Shown in pieces: positions 45,675 through 55,042 of a DNA stretch of 64,000 nt (position 1 is the stretch's first letter; each line of letters begins with the position of its first letter). A program made the translations under genes and the position numbers. The notes under the pieces are model-generated. The model did not search any database. It saw only the letters and a program-made list of their open reading frames with translations, and had not been told where the DNA came from. The DNA lies in assembly GCA_963665295.1 (NCBI GenBank), contig OY762209.1, positions 2,176,001-2,240,000 on the forward strand. Direction: 5' to 3'. Source of the stretch: Syntrophorhabdaceae bacterium (GTDB lineage Bacteria > Desulfobacterota > Syntrophorhabdia > Syntrophorhabdales > Syntrophorhabdaceae).

Positions 45675-47215
45675 TCACTTTCTTCTGCCGAAGGGTATCT
45701 TCAGTTTTCTCATCCTGTTTCTCAAGGTCGCGGGGTTTATCCCGAGCATCTCCGCTGCGCCCCCCTTGCCCTCGATCTTTCCCGAACTTATTTCCAGGGC
45801 CCTCCGGATGTGCCTTGACTCCATGTCCATGAGGGTCGCTATGCTTTCAGGGCTGCTGCGGAGGGCGTTTTCCCCGAGGTTGAGGATACTGCCGAAGGAG
45901 AGCGGGCTGCCGTGGGAGAGAATGATCGCCCTCTCTACGGCGTTCTCCAGTTCCCTCACATTGCCGGGCCAGTCGTAGGCCAGGAGGTCGTCTATCGCTC
46001 CTTTGGCGAGGGAAGGGATGGCGGGCAGCACCATCTCTCTCGATTTCTTCAGGATGAAGTGCTGCACGAGGGCCAGGATGTCGCTTTTTCGCTGGCGCAG
46101 GGGAGGGACGACGATGGGGAAGACACCCACCCGGAAGTAGAGGTCTTCACGAAACTGCCCCCGGGCGACCAGTTCCTCCAGCTTTCTGTTCGTGGCCGAT
46201 ATGACCCTCACGTCGATCCTGATAGTCGCCGCGCCTCCTACCCGTTCGATCTCCTTCTCCTGGAGCACCCTCAGGAACCGCACCTGCGCCTGGAGCGGAA
46301 GCTCTCCGATCTCGTCCAGGAAGATGGTGCCTCCGTGGGCACGTTCGAAACGCCCTCTCTTCTGGGATACGGCGCCGGTGAAGGCCCCTTTTCGTGGCCG
46401 AAAAGCTCGCTGTCTATGAGGGTCTCGGGTATGGCGCCGCAGTTCACCTTGATTATCGGTCCGTGGCTTCGCGGGGACAGGCTGTGGATAGCGTTGGCAA
46501 TCACTTCCTTTCCCGTCCCTGTTTCGCCTATGAGCAGTACGGGGCTTTGCAGAGGCGCCACGGTCCGCACATTCTCCATCACGTGCCTGAGTCCGAAATC
46601 GGCGCCCACCACCTCCATGCCCAGCTTGTTTCTAAGCTCGTTCTGAAGGTAATTCCGGTCATCCGCGAGCAGGTCCTTTCTGATAGAAAGCTCGCGATAG
46701 CGCTCGCTGTTTGCCAGTGCCACGGCGGCGGGTTCGTTCACGAGAGCCCAAAGACGGATGTCCCGCTCACTGTAACGTCCTATCCCCGTAGCCCGCACGC
46801 TCAAGGCCCCCACGTAACTGCCCTCTATGACAAGGCGGTCCACGATGATCGATGAGGGCGGCCAGTTCCGGCGGCGGGCGAGATTACCGAGAAAGGGGTC
46901 TTCGCGGGCATTGCGGGCGGCCCTCACCCGTGGATGCCTGTCTACCTGTTCCAGTTCCTTTTTCAGGGCAGGGGACAGAAGGACTTCTTCCGTCTCAGGT
47001 TCCTCCGTGCTCCCCGACGCGGTGGCCACAACCCGGAGGGAACCGTGGCGGGCGTCGTACACGCTCAGGACCAGCTCATCGGCAGGCATTACCGTGCGGA
47101 CGTAGTCGAGGCAATTCCGGAGGGCCTTTCCGATTTCGAGACTGCCGCAGATTCTGAGCGTAACCTCCCGAAAGAACTGAGCGTTATCCACAAAGGCATA
47201 ATCGGTTTCTTCCAT
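45675..47215 (-). pseudogene. Sigma54-dependent activator (GAF-AAA+-HTH) with a 1-nt frameshift at ~46385-46388
   Basis: GETGTGKE and ELFGHEKG in one frame; (G)[21 protein letters not shown] and HTH in another; one extra G in a G4 run restores KGAFTGA. Confidence 0.88.
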
Positions 47216-47233
47216 ATGCGACAGTCTACCATG

Positions 47234-47272
47234 TTTCCGGCTTATATGACAGGTATTTCCGGCTTATATGAC
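47234..47272. repeat. Two exact 17-bp direct repeats (candidate enhancer sites)
   Basis: TTTCCGGCTTATATGAC at 47234 and 47256. Confidence 0.85.
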
Positions 47273-47324
47273 GGAATGACGGCAGTCCTCATCGTAACAC
47301 ATGAATATTACACATGTTGGCCAC

Positions 47325-47339
47325 TGGTACGGTTTTTGC
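47325..47339 (+). promoter_or_regulatory. Sigma54 promoter of the flavocytochrome operon
   Basis: TGGTAC-GGTTT-TTGC; divergent from a sigma54 activator gene. Confidence 0.7.
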
Positions 47340-47351
47340 CTGAAGTAAGGT

Positions 47352-47711
47352 ATGAAATGGATTGAAGTGATCAGGCTGAGGAGTGAACCTGCCCGGGAGA
47401 CGGACGCAGCAGAGTGGCTCAAATACGCGGTCCGGGAATTTGAGGGCAGGGAGCACCTCCTGTCGGCAACGGTGTTGAGCCGGGTGGGTGTCACCGGCGA
47501 TATCAGCGTTCACCTTGAATGGGAGTTTGACTCCATCCCCGTCAAGGGCAGCGACACAGGCCTGGAAATAGCCCATGCCCTCGGTAGTTTCGGGTTACTG
47601 GACCATTCCGTGTGGGCTGAGAGACTGTATGAAGGCGCGCAGACAACGGCCGGGGGAGAGCGCGGAAAGAGGCCTGATTGGAAAAGAGGGGGCCGCTCGC
47701 AAAAGGCGTGA
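47352..47711 (+). CDS. Hypothetical protein
   Basis: 119 aa MKWIEVIRLRS...FGLLDHSVW; first ORF after the sigma54 promoter. Confidence 0.6.
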   Translation: MKWIEVIRLRSEPARETDAAEWLKYAVREFEGREHLLSATVLSRVGVTGDISVHLEWEFDSIPVKGSDTGLEIAHALGSFGLLDHSVWAERLYEGAQTTAGGERGKRPDWKRGGRSQKA

Positions 47712-47746
47712 AGGCATCGAGCCCGGGCGCCATCAAGGAGGGACAG

Positions 47747-49291
47747 ATGAAAGAAGAGAAAAAGACGGTTCAGGAGAAGAAAGGAATGACGAGACGGGGC
47801 TTTCTCGCGACGACCCTGGTGGCCGCGGCGGGAAGCGGCCTGGCCCTCAACCTGATGAAAGGCGAGGCTGAGGCTGCGGCAAGGAAGTTGCCGGCCAAGT
47901 GGGACGAGACCATCGACGTGGTGGTAATCGGTTCGGGGTTCGCGGGACTCGCCGCCGCAGCGGAAGCGGCGGGAAAAGGCGCACGGACGGTGATCCTGGA
48001 GAAGATGCCCACCTACGGCGGCAACTCTATCATAAACGGCGGTGTCTATGCATCGTGGGATGACGAGTACCACCTGCGCCGGAAACTGGGTCTCGGCGAA
48101 GACAGCGCCAAGCAACACGCCCAGGATACTCTGAAGGGCGGCGACTATTACAATATCCCCGAGCTCGTCAACAACCTGACTGAAAATGCGTCGCAGGCCC
48201 TGAACTGGATGATCGACGAGGGCGGCGCCAAGATCCGGGACGCCCTGACCCGGGCCGGCGGCCACAGCGCGTACAGGACTCATACGGTAGAGGAAGGCGT
48301 GGGGAAAGGCTTCACGGACCCGCTCCGAAAGATAGCAGAGAAACGGGGGGCCAAGATACGGCTCAACAACAAGCTTCTCTGGATCTGGCGGAAGGATACG
48401 GAAGGCCCCATTCTGGGCGTTGAAGTGGAGACGCCCAAGGGAAAGAAGAACATCAAGATCAAAAAGGCCCTGATCATGGCGTCGGGTGGTTTCAGCCGTG
48501 ACATCAAGATGCGTCAGGCCTTCAACCCCTCCATCGTCCCCGAGTACAACAGCACGAACCAGCCGGGCGCGACGGGTGAGACAATCCGATATGCACAGGC
48601 CATCGGGGCGGACGCGCTCCAACTCGCCTTTATTCAGCTTTACCCTTTTGCCGAGCCGGAGACGGGTATACTCGACAACCCCGCGGTCTACCCGTTCAAC
48701 GGTGTAGGTTATGGACTCGTGTACGTTGACAAGAACGGCAAGAGGTTCGTGAATGAACTCGAAAGGCGGGATGTCTGCTCCATGGCCCAAATAAAACTTG
48801 GCCTGAGGCCCACATACTCCATTTTCAGCGAAGCCATGATCGGGAAGATGGGCGGCACCATGGAGGAGGTCCAAAAGGGCATGGCAAAGGGACGGTTCGT
48901 CAAGGCTGCAACCATGGACGAACTGGCGCAGAAACTCAACATACCCGCGGCGGCGCTTAAGGAGACCATCGCGAAGCACAACAAGTACCTGAAGGACGGC
49001 AAAGACCCGGACTTCAATAAACCCATCACAAAGGTAATGATTCCCCTGGAGACCGGACCATTCTATGCGGTTGCCCAGTGGCCCGCAGTTCACCATTGCA
49101 TGGGAGGTATAAGGATCAACGGTAAGACCCAGGTAGTCGACATCTGGGGGAATGTGATCCCCAGACTTTATGCGGCGGGAGAGTTTACCGGAGGCGTCCA
49201 CGGCTCCAACAGGCTCGGCAGCAACGCAATCCCTGATTGCGTCGTGCACGGGCGCATCGCGGGGGTCAACGCGGCAGCGGAAAAGGAGTAA
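47747..49291 (+). CDS. Tat-exported flavocytochrome c flavin subunit (fumarate/urocanate reductase family)
   Basis: TRRGFL Tat motif; GSGFAG; IQLYP; VHHCMGG; GSNRLGSNA. Confidence 0.92.
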   Translation: MKEEKKTVQEKKGMTRRGFLATTLVAAAGSGLALNLMKGEAEAAARKLPAKWDETIDVVVIGSGFAGLAAAAEAAGKGARTVILEKMPTYGGNSIINGGVYASWDDEYHLRRKLGLGEDSAKQHAQDTLKGGDYYNIPELVNNLTENASQALNWMIDEGGAKIRDALTRAGGHSAYRTHTVEEGVGKGFTDPLRKIAEKRGAKIRLNNKLLWIWRKDTEGPILGVEVETPKGKKNIKIKKALIMASGGFSRDIKMRQAFNPSIVPEYNSTNQPGATGETIRYAQAIGADALQLAFIQLYPFAEPETGILDNPAVYPFNGVGYGLVYVDKNGKRFVNELERRDVCSMAQIKLGLRPTYSIFSEAMIGKMGGTMEEVQKGMAKGRFVKAATMDELAQKLNIPAAALKETIAKHNKYLKDGKDPDFNKPITKVMIPLETGPFYAVAQWPAVHHCMGGIRINGKTQVVDIWGNVIPRLYAAGEFTGGVHGSNRLGSNAIPDCVVHGRIAGVNAAAEKE

Positions 49292-49354
49292 GGAAATAAT
49301 ACACCCTGGGGCCGGAAGGGAGACCCGGCCCCTTACGATAAAGAGGGAGCGCCC

Positions 49355-50056
49355 ATGAAAAAGCTACTTCTCATACCGGTCATGCTTTGCCTGACTATTA
49401 CATCACCCCTCTCGGTCCACGGCAAACAGGGTCCGGAAAAGCAGGGTATGGCCTCATGCATATCGTGTCACTCCGATTTTTCATCGGTGCTCCCCAAAAA
49501 ACACAAACCGGTCAGGAGCGGCGACATTACCGCCTGCGTCGCCTGTCACAAGCCCGACTTTGCGGGCAACGCGGAGCCGAAGCCGTACTCGGCGTCCATA
49601 CACCGTCCCCATGTAAAACGCGGTGCCAAAACCGATTGCACCCTCTGTCATACGTGGGTGCCGGGAAAGCGGTTCGGCGTCAAGGGTGTGAAGACCGGGC
49701 AATGGGTAGTGTCGAAAGCCGGGATGGACGGGCTCAAGGCAGCCTTCGACTCGTGGGCGGGATCGACGCACCTTGACGCGGCCCATGGCAAGGCCGGGAT
49801 CGTCTGCCTCGCGTGTCACGGGAAGACCCTGCCGGAGCAGGGGGATACGGTCGAAAACGAGCGTTGCCTCGCCTGTCACGGCAGCCTTGAGTCTCTTGCC
49901 GCCAGGAGTGCGCCGAAGGACTTTCCCGACCGCAACCCCCATAAGTCGCACCTTGGGGAGATCGCCTGCACCGTCTGTCACCACGGGCATATGCCGTCAA
50001 AGGTCTACTGCCTTGGATGCCATTCCAGGTTCAACATGAAGATTCCCGGCAATTGA
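49355..50056 (+). CDS. Multihaem (7 CxxCH) periplasmic cytochrome c
   Basis: Signal peptide; CISCH, CVACH, CTLCH, CLACH, CLACH, CTVCH, CLGCH; NPHKSH. Confidence 0.92.
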   Translation: MKKLLLIPVMLCLTITSPLSVHGKQGPEKQGMASCISCHSDFSSVLPKKHKPVRSGDITACVACHKPDFAGNAEPKPYSASIHRPHVKRGAKTDCTLCHTWVPGKRFGVKGVKTGQWVVSKAGMDGLKAAFDSWAGSTHLDAAHGKAGIVCLACHGKTLPEQGDTVENERCLACHGSLESLAARSAPKDFPDRNPHKSHLGEIACTVCHHGHMPSKVYCLGCHSRFNMKIPGN

Positions 50057-50097
50057 CGGGGGACACAGGGACAGGATCATAACGCAAGGAGGTACGT

Positions 50098-50280
50098 ATG
50101 TTTGGATTGGGTATGCCTGAGCTTCTCGTGGTAATGGTGATAATCCTTCTCGTTTTCGGTGCGGGAAAGCTTCCCGAGATAGGGGGAGCCATAGGAAAAG
50201 GCATCAGGGGTTTCAAGACCTCCCTGGCGGAACCGGAGAAGGTTCACACGGTGAGGAAGGACGAGGAACGGGATGGATGA
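50098..50280 (+). CDS. tatA: Twin-arginine translocase TatA/E
   Basis: MFGLGMPELLVVMVIILLVFGAGKLPEIGGAIGKGIRGFK. Confidence 0.95.
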   Translation: MFGLGMPELLVVMVIILLVFGAGKLPEIGGAIGKGIRGFKTSLAEPEKVHTVRKDEERDG

Positions 50281-50344
50281 GAAGAGGTACGGGGCAAACA
50301 TGGTGGATTCCTGAGCCCCCCCGTGGGGCGGAGAACCCATCCCG

Positions 50345-51460
50345 TCATCTTCCCTTGTTCAGCATGGCCCGGCCCGCGTCGAGGCCGATCATGAGGTGGG
50401 TAAATTCGGAAATGTGGCGTGCCCCGTGGGGTACGTGGATATCCACGAGACCCCGGTAAGGGGCGAGCAACGAAACCGTATCCATGTAAATGCCGCCTTC
50501 CCTTTTCACATATTCCACGAGTTCCCGGTCCATGGAGCCCTTGAAACTGCTCCCGTCCACATCGGGTATGTCTACCACGATAAAACCGATCCCCTGTGAC
50601 TTGCAGAAGGTCATCATCCGGCCTATGAGCAGCCTGGCGAGGTCTATTTCGTAAGTCGAACGGGTGGACCTGGGCAGGGCGTGTTCCACTCTTTCCTGCT
50701 CAGCCCGCCGGTCTTTGACGAACTTCCATATATGGTTGAAGAGAAAGGAATAGAGATATGAATGCTCGCTGAGTTTCCGGATGATGTAAAACTCGTTGAT
50801 CCGGTTCAATATTCCTACTCCCGGTATATAGACCTTTTTGTTAAGGACAAGGGCCCCGTTGCGTATGGTGAAGAGGTTCGCCCTCACATTATCCTCGTAG
50901 TCGTTTGCAAAGAACCCCAGCACTATATAGTCGGGCTTGTATTTGACCGCTTCGTGTTCGAGGAGGATAAGTTCCTCCGAGGTGCTGTAGCCGGAGACGC
51001 CCATGTTGTAGACTTCCGCCTTCAACCCCTCCCTGTTCAGAAATCGCTGGATAATGGCGGAGAAGGTGAACTCCTGTCTTGCCTCGAAGCCCTCCGTATT
51101 CGAATCTCCGAGGCAAATCACCCGCAGAGTGCCCGGTTCCTTGGGGTAGGCAAAATCGAAGTTGTCCCTGAAGCCCTGCGAGTTTGTCGTGAACTTCCAT
51201 ATACCGTCCGCGCTTCTGTGCCGGAACACGGCGTTGGGCCTCAGCCTCCGTATGGTAAACCCGTCATAGGTCGCATCCGTATGATATCGCGGGAAAAGGG
51301 CCATGTCTCTCGCGAAGAGGATTCTTACCACGATCTCGCAGAACATGAGGGCACAGAAGACCGTGACAACCAGGAGCGCGACGTTTAAGAGCAATTGCCT
51401 GGAAGGTGTGCGTTTCGCTCCGGGGCCCTTTTCGGGCGGTCTTTCGGGCATGAGCCTCAC
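50345..51460 (-). CDS. Membrane-anchored SGNH/GDSL hydrolase
   Basis: TM; LGDSNTEG; NMGVSGYS; FANDYEDN. Confidence 0.85.
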   Translation of the reverse strand: MRLMPERPPEKGPGAKRTPSRQLLLNVALLVVTVFCALMFCEIVVRILFARDMALFPRYHTDATYDGFTIRRLRPNAVFRHRSADGIWKFTTNSQGFRDNFDFAYPKEPGTLRVICLGDSNTEGFEARQEFTFSAIIQRFLNREGLKAEVYNMGVSGYSTSEELILLEHEAVKYKPDYIVLGFFANDYEDNVRANLFTIRNGALVLNKKVYIPGVGILNRINEFYIIRKLSEHSYLYSFLFNHIWKFVKDRRAEQERVEHALPRSTRSTYEIDLARLLIGRMMTFCKSQGIGFIVVDIPDVDGSSFKGSMDRELVEYVKREGGIYMDTVSLLAPYRGLVDIHVPHGARHISEFTHLMIGLDAGRAMLNKGR

Positions 51461-51479
51461 GTTGTGGTAATATCCTGCT

Positions 51480-52154
51480 TCACTCTGTATCCGTATCGCA
51501 TGTCGCGCCCGGTCCGCAGATGAGGTCCGTGGGGAGTTGGTCGAGATGTGCTCCTGTGGCGGGATAATCGACTGCGAGAAGCTCTCCCATCTTTTCTATG
51601 GCCTCGCACAGGGCATCCGCGGCCCGTCCGTCCCCTATTCCCCGGGACACCATACCGGCGAATTTGTTGAGGGCGGGTTGATGGATTTTGCTGTGTATGC
51701 CTTTATCCGCGAGTACCCATACCTTCCTTTCGAGGAGGGAGAGGAAAAAGAGAACCCCCGTGCTCTCCCTTGTCCTGTAAAGACCTTTTTCGTAGAATGT
51801 CCTGAGCGCCCTTTCCTTTACCGCCCTTTTCATGCGCCTGCGCCCCACAAAGACGCGCTTCAGCACGGGTATGACCCGGAACAGGCGGTGACAGGGAAAA
51901 AAGAAAAGAAAAGCGAGAGGGATAAAGGACCAGACAGAGGCATGAAAAAAGAGGGCGGTCAAAACGAGGGAGACCACGCTCCCTGTGAACAGGCCGCCAA
52001 GAAACTCCGCTTCATGGTATTGACTGCTCTGATCCACCACCGCCACGGCGATCTCGCCGATGGTCCGGGATTCCGCGAGGGCGACGGCGTTCTTTATCCG
52101 TTCCCTTTCCTCCGCTGTAAAAAACCTTTCAGCCTTTACCGGATGTCTCATCAC
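51480..52154 (-). CDS. TPM-domain membrane protein
   Basis: AESRTIGEIAV; TRESTGVLFFLSLLERKVWVLADKGI; lemA-TPM-TPM context. Confidence 0.85.
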   Translation of the reverse strand: MMRHPVKAERFFTAEERERIKNAVALAESRTIGEIAVAVVDQSSQYHEAEFLGGLFTGSVVSLVLTALFFHASVWSFIPLAFLFFFPCHRLFRVIPVLKRVFVGRRRMKRAVKERALRTFYEKGLYRTRESTGVLFFLSLLERKVWVLADKGIHSKIHQPALNKFAGMVSRGIGDGRAADALCEAIEKMGELLAVDYPATGAHLDQLPTDLICGPGATCDTDTE

Positions 52155-53155
52155 CAGTCTCCCGAGGCACCTCCGCCTCCAAAGTCACCTCCCCCGCCGC
52201 CGTCGAATCCGCCTCCATCATCGCCGCCGCCGTTGCCGCCCCCTCCGCCGCCCCATGGGCCGAAGAACCCGCCCCAAAAGGGCCATCCGCCTCCGCCGGG
52301 GCCACCGCCGGAGAAAAGCAGGGGGAGGACAATACCGATGCCCACGCCCACGAGGCCGAGCACGATGAGAGGGATGAGACCGAGGGGAAGGAGCGTAAAA
52401 TAGACAAGAGCGGGAAGGCCGAGGGCGCCCCCTATTGCGCCCATGATGCGGGAAAAACTCCCCAGAAAAAGAAGAGCAACCCCTCCGACAAGGATGAGGG
52501 CAAGGAATGGCGTGTAGGACCGCCCTTTTCCACGGACTTTTCCGGGCTCTGCTTTGAACTCACCCCTGGTGGCGTCGATCACCGCCGATACGCCCGCCGT
52601 GAAGCCGCCGTCGAAATCGCCCCTCTTGAACCTCGGTTTTATCACGAGATCCACGATCTGACCCGCGGTGAGGTCGGTAAGCCTTCCCTCAAGGCCGCGC
52701 CCCACTTCTATGCGTATCCTGTGTTCCTTGTTGGCTACAAGGATGAGGACGCCGTTGTCTTTGCCTTTTTGGCCGATCTTCCATGCTTCCACTACCTTGA
52801 TGGAGTAATCCTCCAGGGCCTCACCCTGAAGGGAGGGGACAGTGAGGATTACGACTTGGGTGGAATCGGACTGTTCGAAGGTTTTAAGCTCCGTCTGGAG
52901 TTTTGCCTTTGCGGGCGGGGATATCATCGCCGCGTAGTCGTTCACGTACCCCCTTAAAGGAGGCACATCGAGGGCGTACGCGGGCGTCGGCGAGAGGGAC
53001 CGGGCAAGGTATCCGGACCATTCGTCCACAGAGGTCCCTTTGCCCGAAAAGCCGGAGGCCGTGAAGGAGAAGAAGAGCAGGCAGAGGAAGGCGAGGATGG
53101 ACCTCGCTGCCTTTCCGCCCGACGCCGTGTTGATTACGCCCGGAGCCGACCCCAT
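52151..53155 (-). CDS. TPM-domain (YgcG-like) protein with Gly-rich tail
   Basis: VNDYAAMIS, WKIGQKGKDNGVL, IEVGRGLEG, terminal GGGGASGDW. Confidence 0.9.
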   Translation of the reverse strand: MGSAPGVINTASGGKAARSILAFLCLLFFSFTASGFSGKGTSVDEWSGYLARSLSPTPAYALDVPPLRGYVNDYAAMISPPAKAKLQTELKTFEQSDSTQVVILTVPSLQGEALEDYSIKVVEAWKIGQKGKDNGVLILVANKEHRIRIEVGRGLEGRLTDLTAGQIVDLVIKPRFKRGDFDGGFTAGVSAVIDATRGEFKAEPGKVRGKGRSYTPFLALILVGGVALLFLGSFSRIMGAIGGALGLPALVYFTLLPLGLIPLIVLGLVGVGIGIVLPLLFSGGGPGGGGWPFWGGFFGPWGGGGGGNGGGDDGGGFDGGGGGDFGGGGASGDW

Positions 53156-53164
53156 GGGAATGCG

Positions 53165-53749
53165 CTAGAACTTTACCTTCGGCGCCTTTTCGGCCCCTGC
53201 TTCGGCCTTGAAAGGTTCCTTGGCGGCGAGGTGCAGGATCATGCTGTTGGTGAGGCTGTTCGGGAAAGTCCTTATGGAGATGTTGAACTCCTGCACGGCC
53301 TTGTTGTAGCGCACCCGGGCCACGTTGATTCTGTTCTCCGTGCCTTCAAGCTGGTGCTGGAGGTCCCTGAAGTTCTGGTTTGCCTTGAGGTCGGGGTATT
53401 TTTCTACCACCACCATGAGACGCGACAAGGCGCTCGACATGGAAGATTGGGCCTGCTGAAATTGGGCGATCGCCTTGGGATCGTCGATCATGCCTTTCGT
53501 TACCTGGATGCTGCCTACTTTCGCCCGAGCCTCGGTAACGGCCTGAAGGGTCTCCCGCTCATGCTTCGCATAGGCCTTTACCACCTCCACCAGGTTGGGG
53601 ATAAGATCGTTTCTTCGCTGATACGCCGCCTCCACGTCTCCCCACGCGGCCTTCACCGCTTCCTCGTTGATCTGCATGGTGTTGTAGCCGCAGCCCGACA
53701 TGGAAAGGACAAAGAGAACAAAAAGAACGGACAAGAGATACCTTTTCAT
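53165..53749 (-). CDS. lemA: LemA family protein
   Basis: [30 protein letters not shown]. Confidence 0.95.
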   Translation of the reverse strand: MKRYLLSVLFVLFVLSMSGCGYNTMQINEEAVKAAWGDVEAAYQRRNDLIPNLVEVVKAYAKHERETLQAVTEARAKVGSIQVTKGMIDDPKAIAQFQQAQSSMSSALSRLMVVVEKYPDLKANQNFRDLQHQLEGTENRINVARVRYNKAVQEFNISIRTFPNSLTNSMILHLAAKEPFKAEAGAEKAPKVKF

Positions 53750-53937
53750 CAAACCCTCCTGAAATGAACTACCTCGCGGCAGGCCGCGGGATATCAAAGG
53801 CGGGACACCAACGCGGACGCTTCCTGAAGCGCGGTTCACGGCACAGGTCCGCAGGGCAGCCGACTCGATTCTACTACTCATTATAACCATATTTTCGGGA
53901 AAATCCTATGCCTTTGTGGGCGGGTCCGCGCCCCTTT

Positions 53938-54252
53938 CTATCTCTTTCCCATAGCCTTGACATAATCGGCGAGAGCGGATATCTGCTCCATGGTGAGGAT
54001 ATCCCTGAAGGAAGGCATGACGCCCCTGCTGTTCGCGATGACCCCTGCCATCTGCGCCGCATCGAGGCCGCTTGCGGCAAGATCGAGTTTTCCCGGGTCG
54101 ACGCTCATCGCCTTTGCATTCCACGCCCTTGTATAGGCGTCGCCCCCGTGGCACGCGGCGCAATTGGCTTCATAGTCGGTCCGTGCATCGGCCAGGACTA
54201 CGGCCGGGACCATGAGAGTTGCAAGAATGAGTGCAGCGAGCGGCTTTTTCAT
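53938..54252 (-). CDS. Monohaem cytochrome c (c6/c553-like)
   Basis: Signal peptide; CAACHG; distal MPSF. Confidence 0.88.
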   Translation of the reverse strand: MKKPLAALILATLMVPAVVLADARTDYEANCAACHGGDAYTRAWNAKAMSVDPGKLDLAASGLDAAQMAGVIANSRGVMPSFRDILTMEQISALADYVKAMGKR

Positions 54253-54347
54253 GATTGTTCCCCCTCTCTTGTCGTTATGTCACAAACCTAAGGCAAAGAT
54301 GGCCCTGGAACGGCAGTGGGACCAGCAGGACCGGTGCGACAGGTAAT

Positions 54348-55010
54348 CTATTTCCGGAGATCGAAAAGGAGGGTATTCCTGCCCCTGAGGACGACTACGG
54401 CTACCTTTTCCTCTTCGCCCGACAGGACCCTACCTCTGACTGCGAGCATAAGCTCATCGGTTGCCGCTTTCCCGTCCACGGAGACGAATATGTCTCCCGC
54501 CACTATCCCCGCGTCCCGTAACGGCCCCTCCTTGAGGCGGGTAATCCTCAATCCCTTTGCCGCTGCCTCCCAATTGGCGCCGTACTTCTTGCGGGCCCCG
54601 AACCTTATCTTCGGCGGCGCCGGGGAGGTTTCTCCCCGTGCGGCCCGCGCCGCGGGCCCCGTTGTCGCGAGGGGAACTGACCGTGTCAATACTGCCTCGG
54701 ACTTTTAGCAGGGGGACGTTCCTTCTTTGCCGGGAGTGAATATGCTGAAGATGGACCGGAGATGGTTACTGCCGTCGGACACAAAGACAGCCGCCGCGAG
54801 GAGCAGGAGGCCGACGGCCGCTACGATACAGAAGAAACGGAACAACGACCTGTGGTCGAGGAGATAGAACCTCTTTCCACACTCCCGGCAGCGGTAAGGC
54901 AGGGAGGACATGAAGACGAGGAAAAACCGTTCCGTGGGCGTGCGGTGGGAACGCGTTATATCCCGGCTATCGCACTCAGGACATGCGAATGTTTTGTCCC
55001 ACCACTTCAT
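54348..55010 (-). pseudogene. Zn-ribbon + TM + PDZ-like protein split by an in-frame TAA (54705-54707), or two small genes
   Basis: ORFs 54705-55010 (CPEC..CREC, TM) and 54348-54689 (AGIVAGDIFVSVDG) are in the same frame. Confidence 0.5.
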
Positions 55011-55042
55011 AGATGCAGGTCCTCCGGCCCGCGGCGCAGCTC

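Noticed and set aside
47510..49249. Long antisense ORFs (579 aa here; also 21600-22931, 22801-24111, 38122-39408, 44419-45612, 59828-61234)
   Set aside because: Shadow frames opposite well-supported genes, expected from GC-rich codon bias; no recognisable motifs
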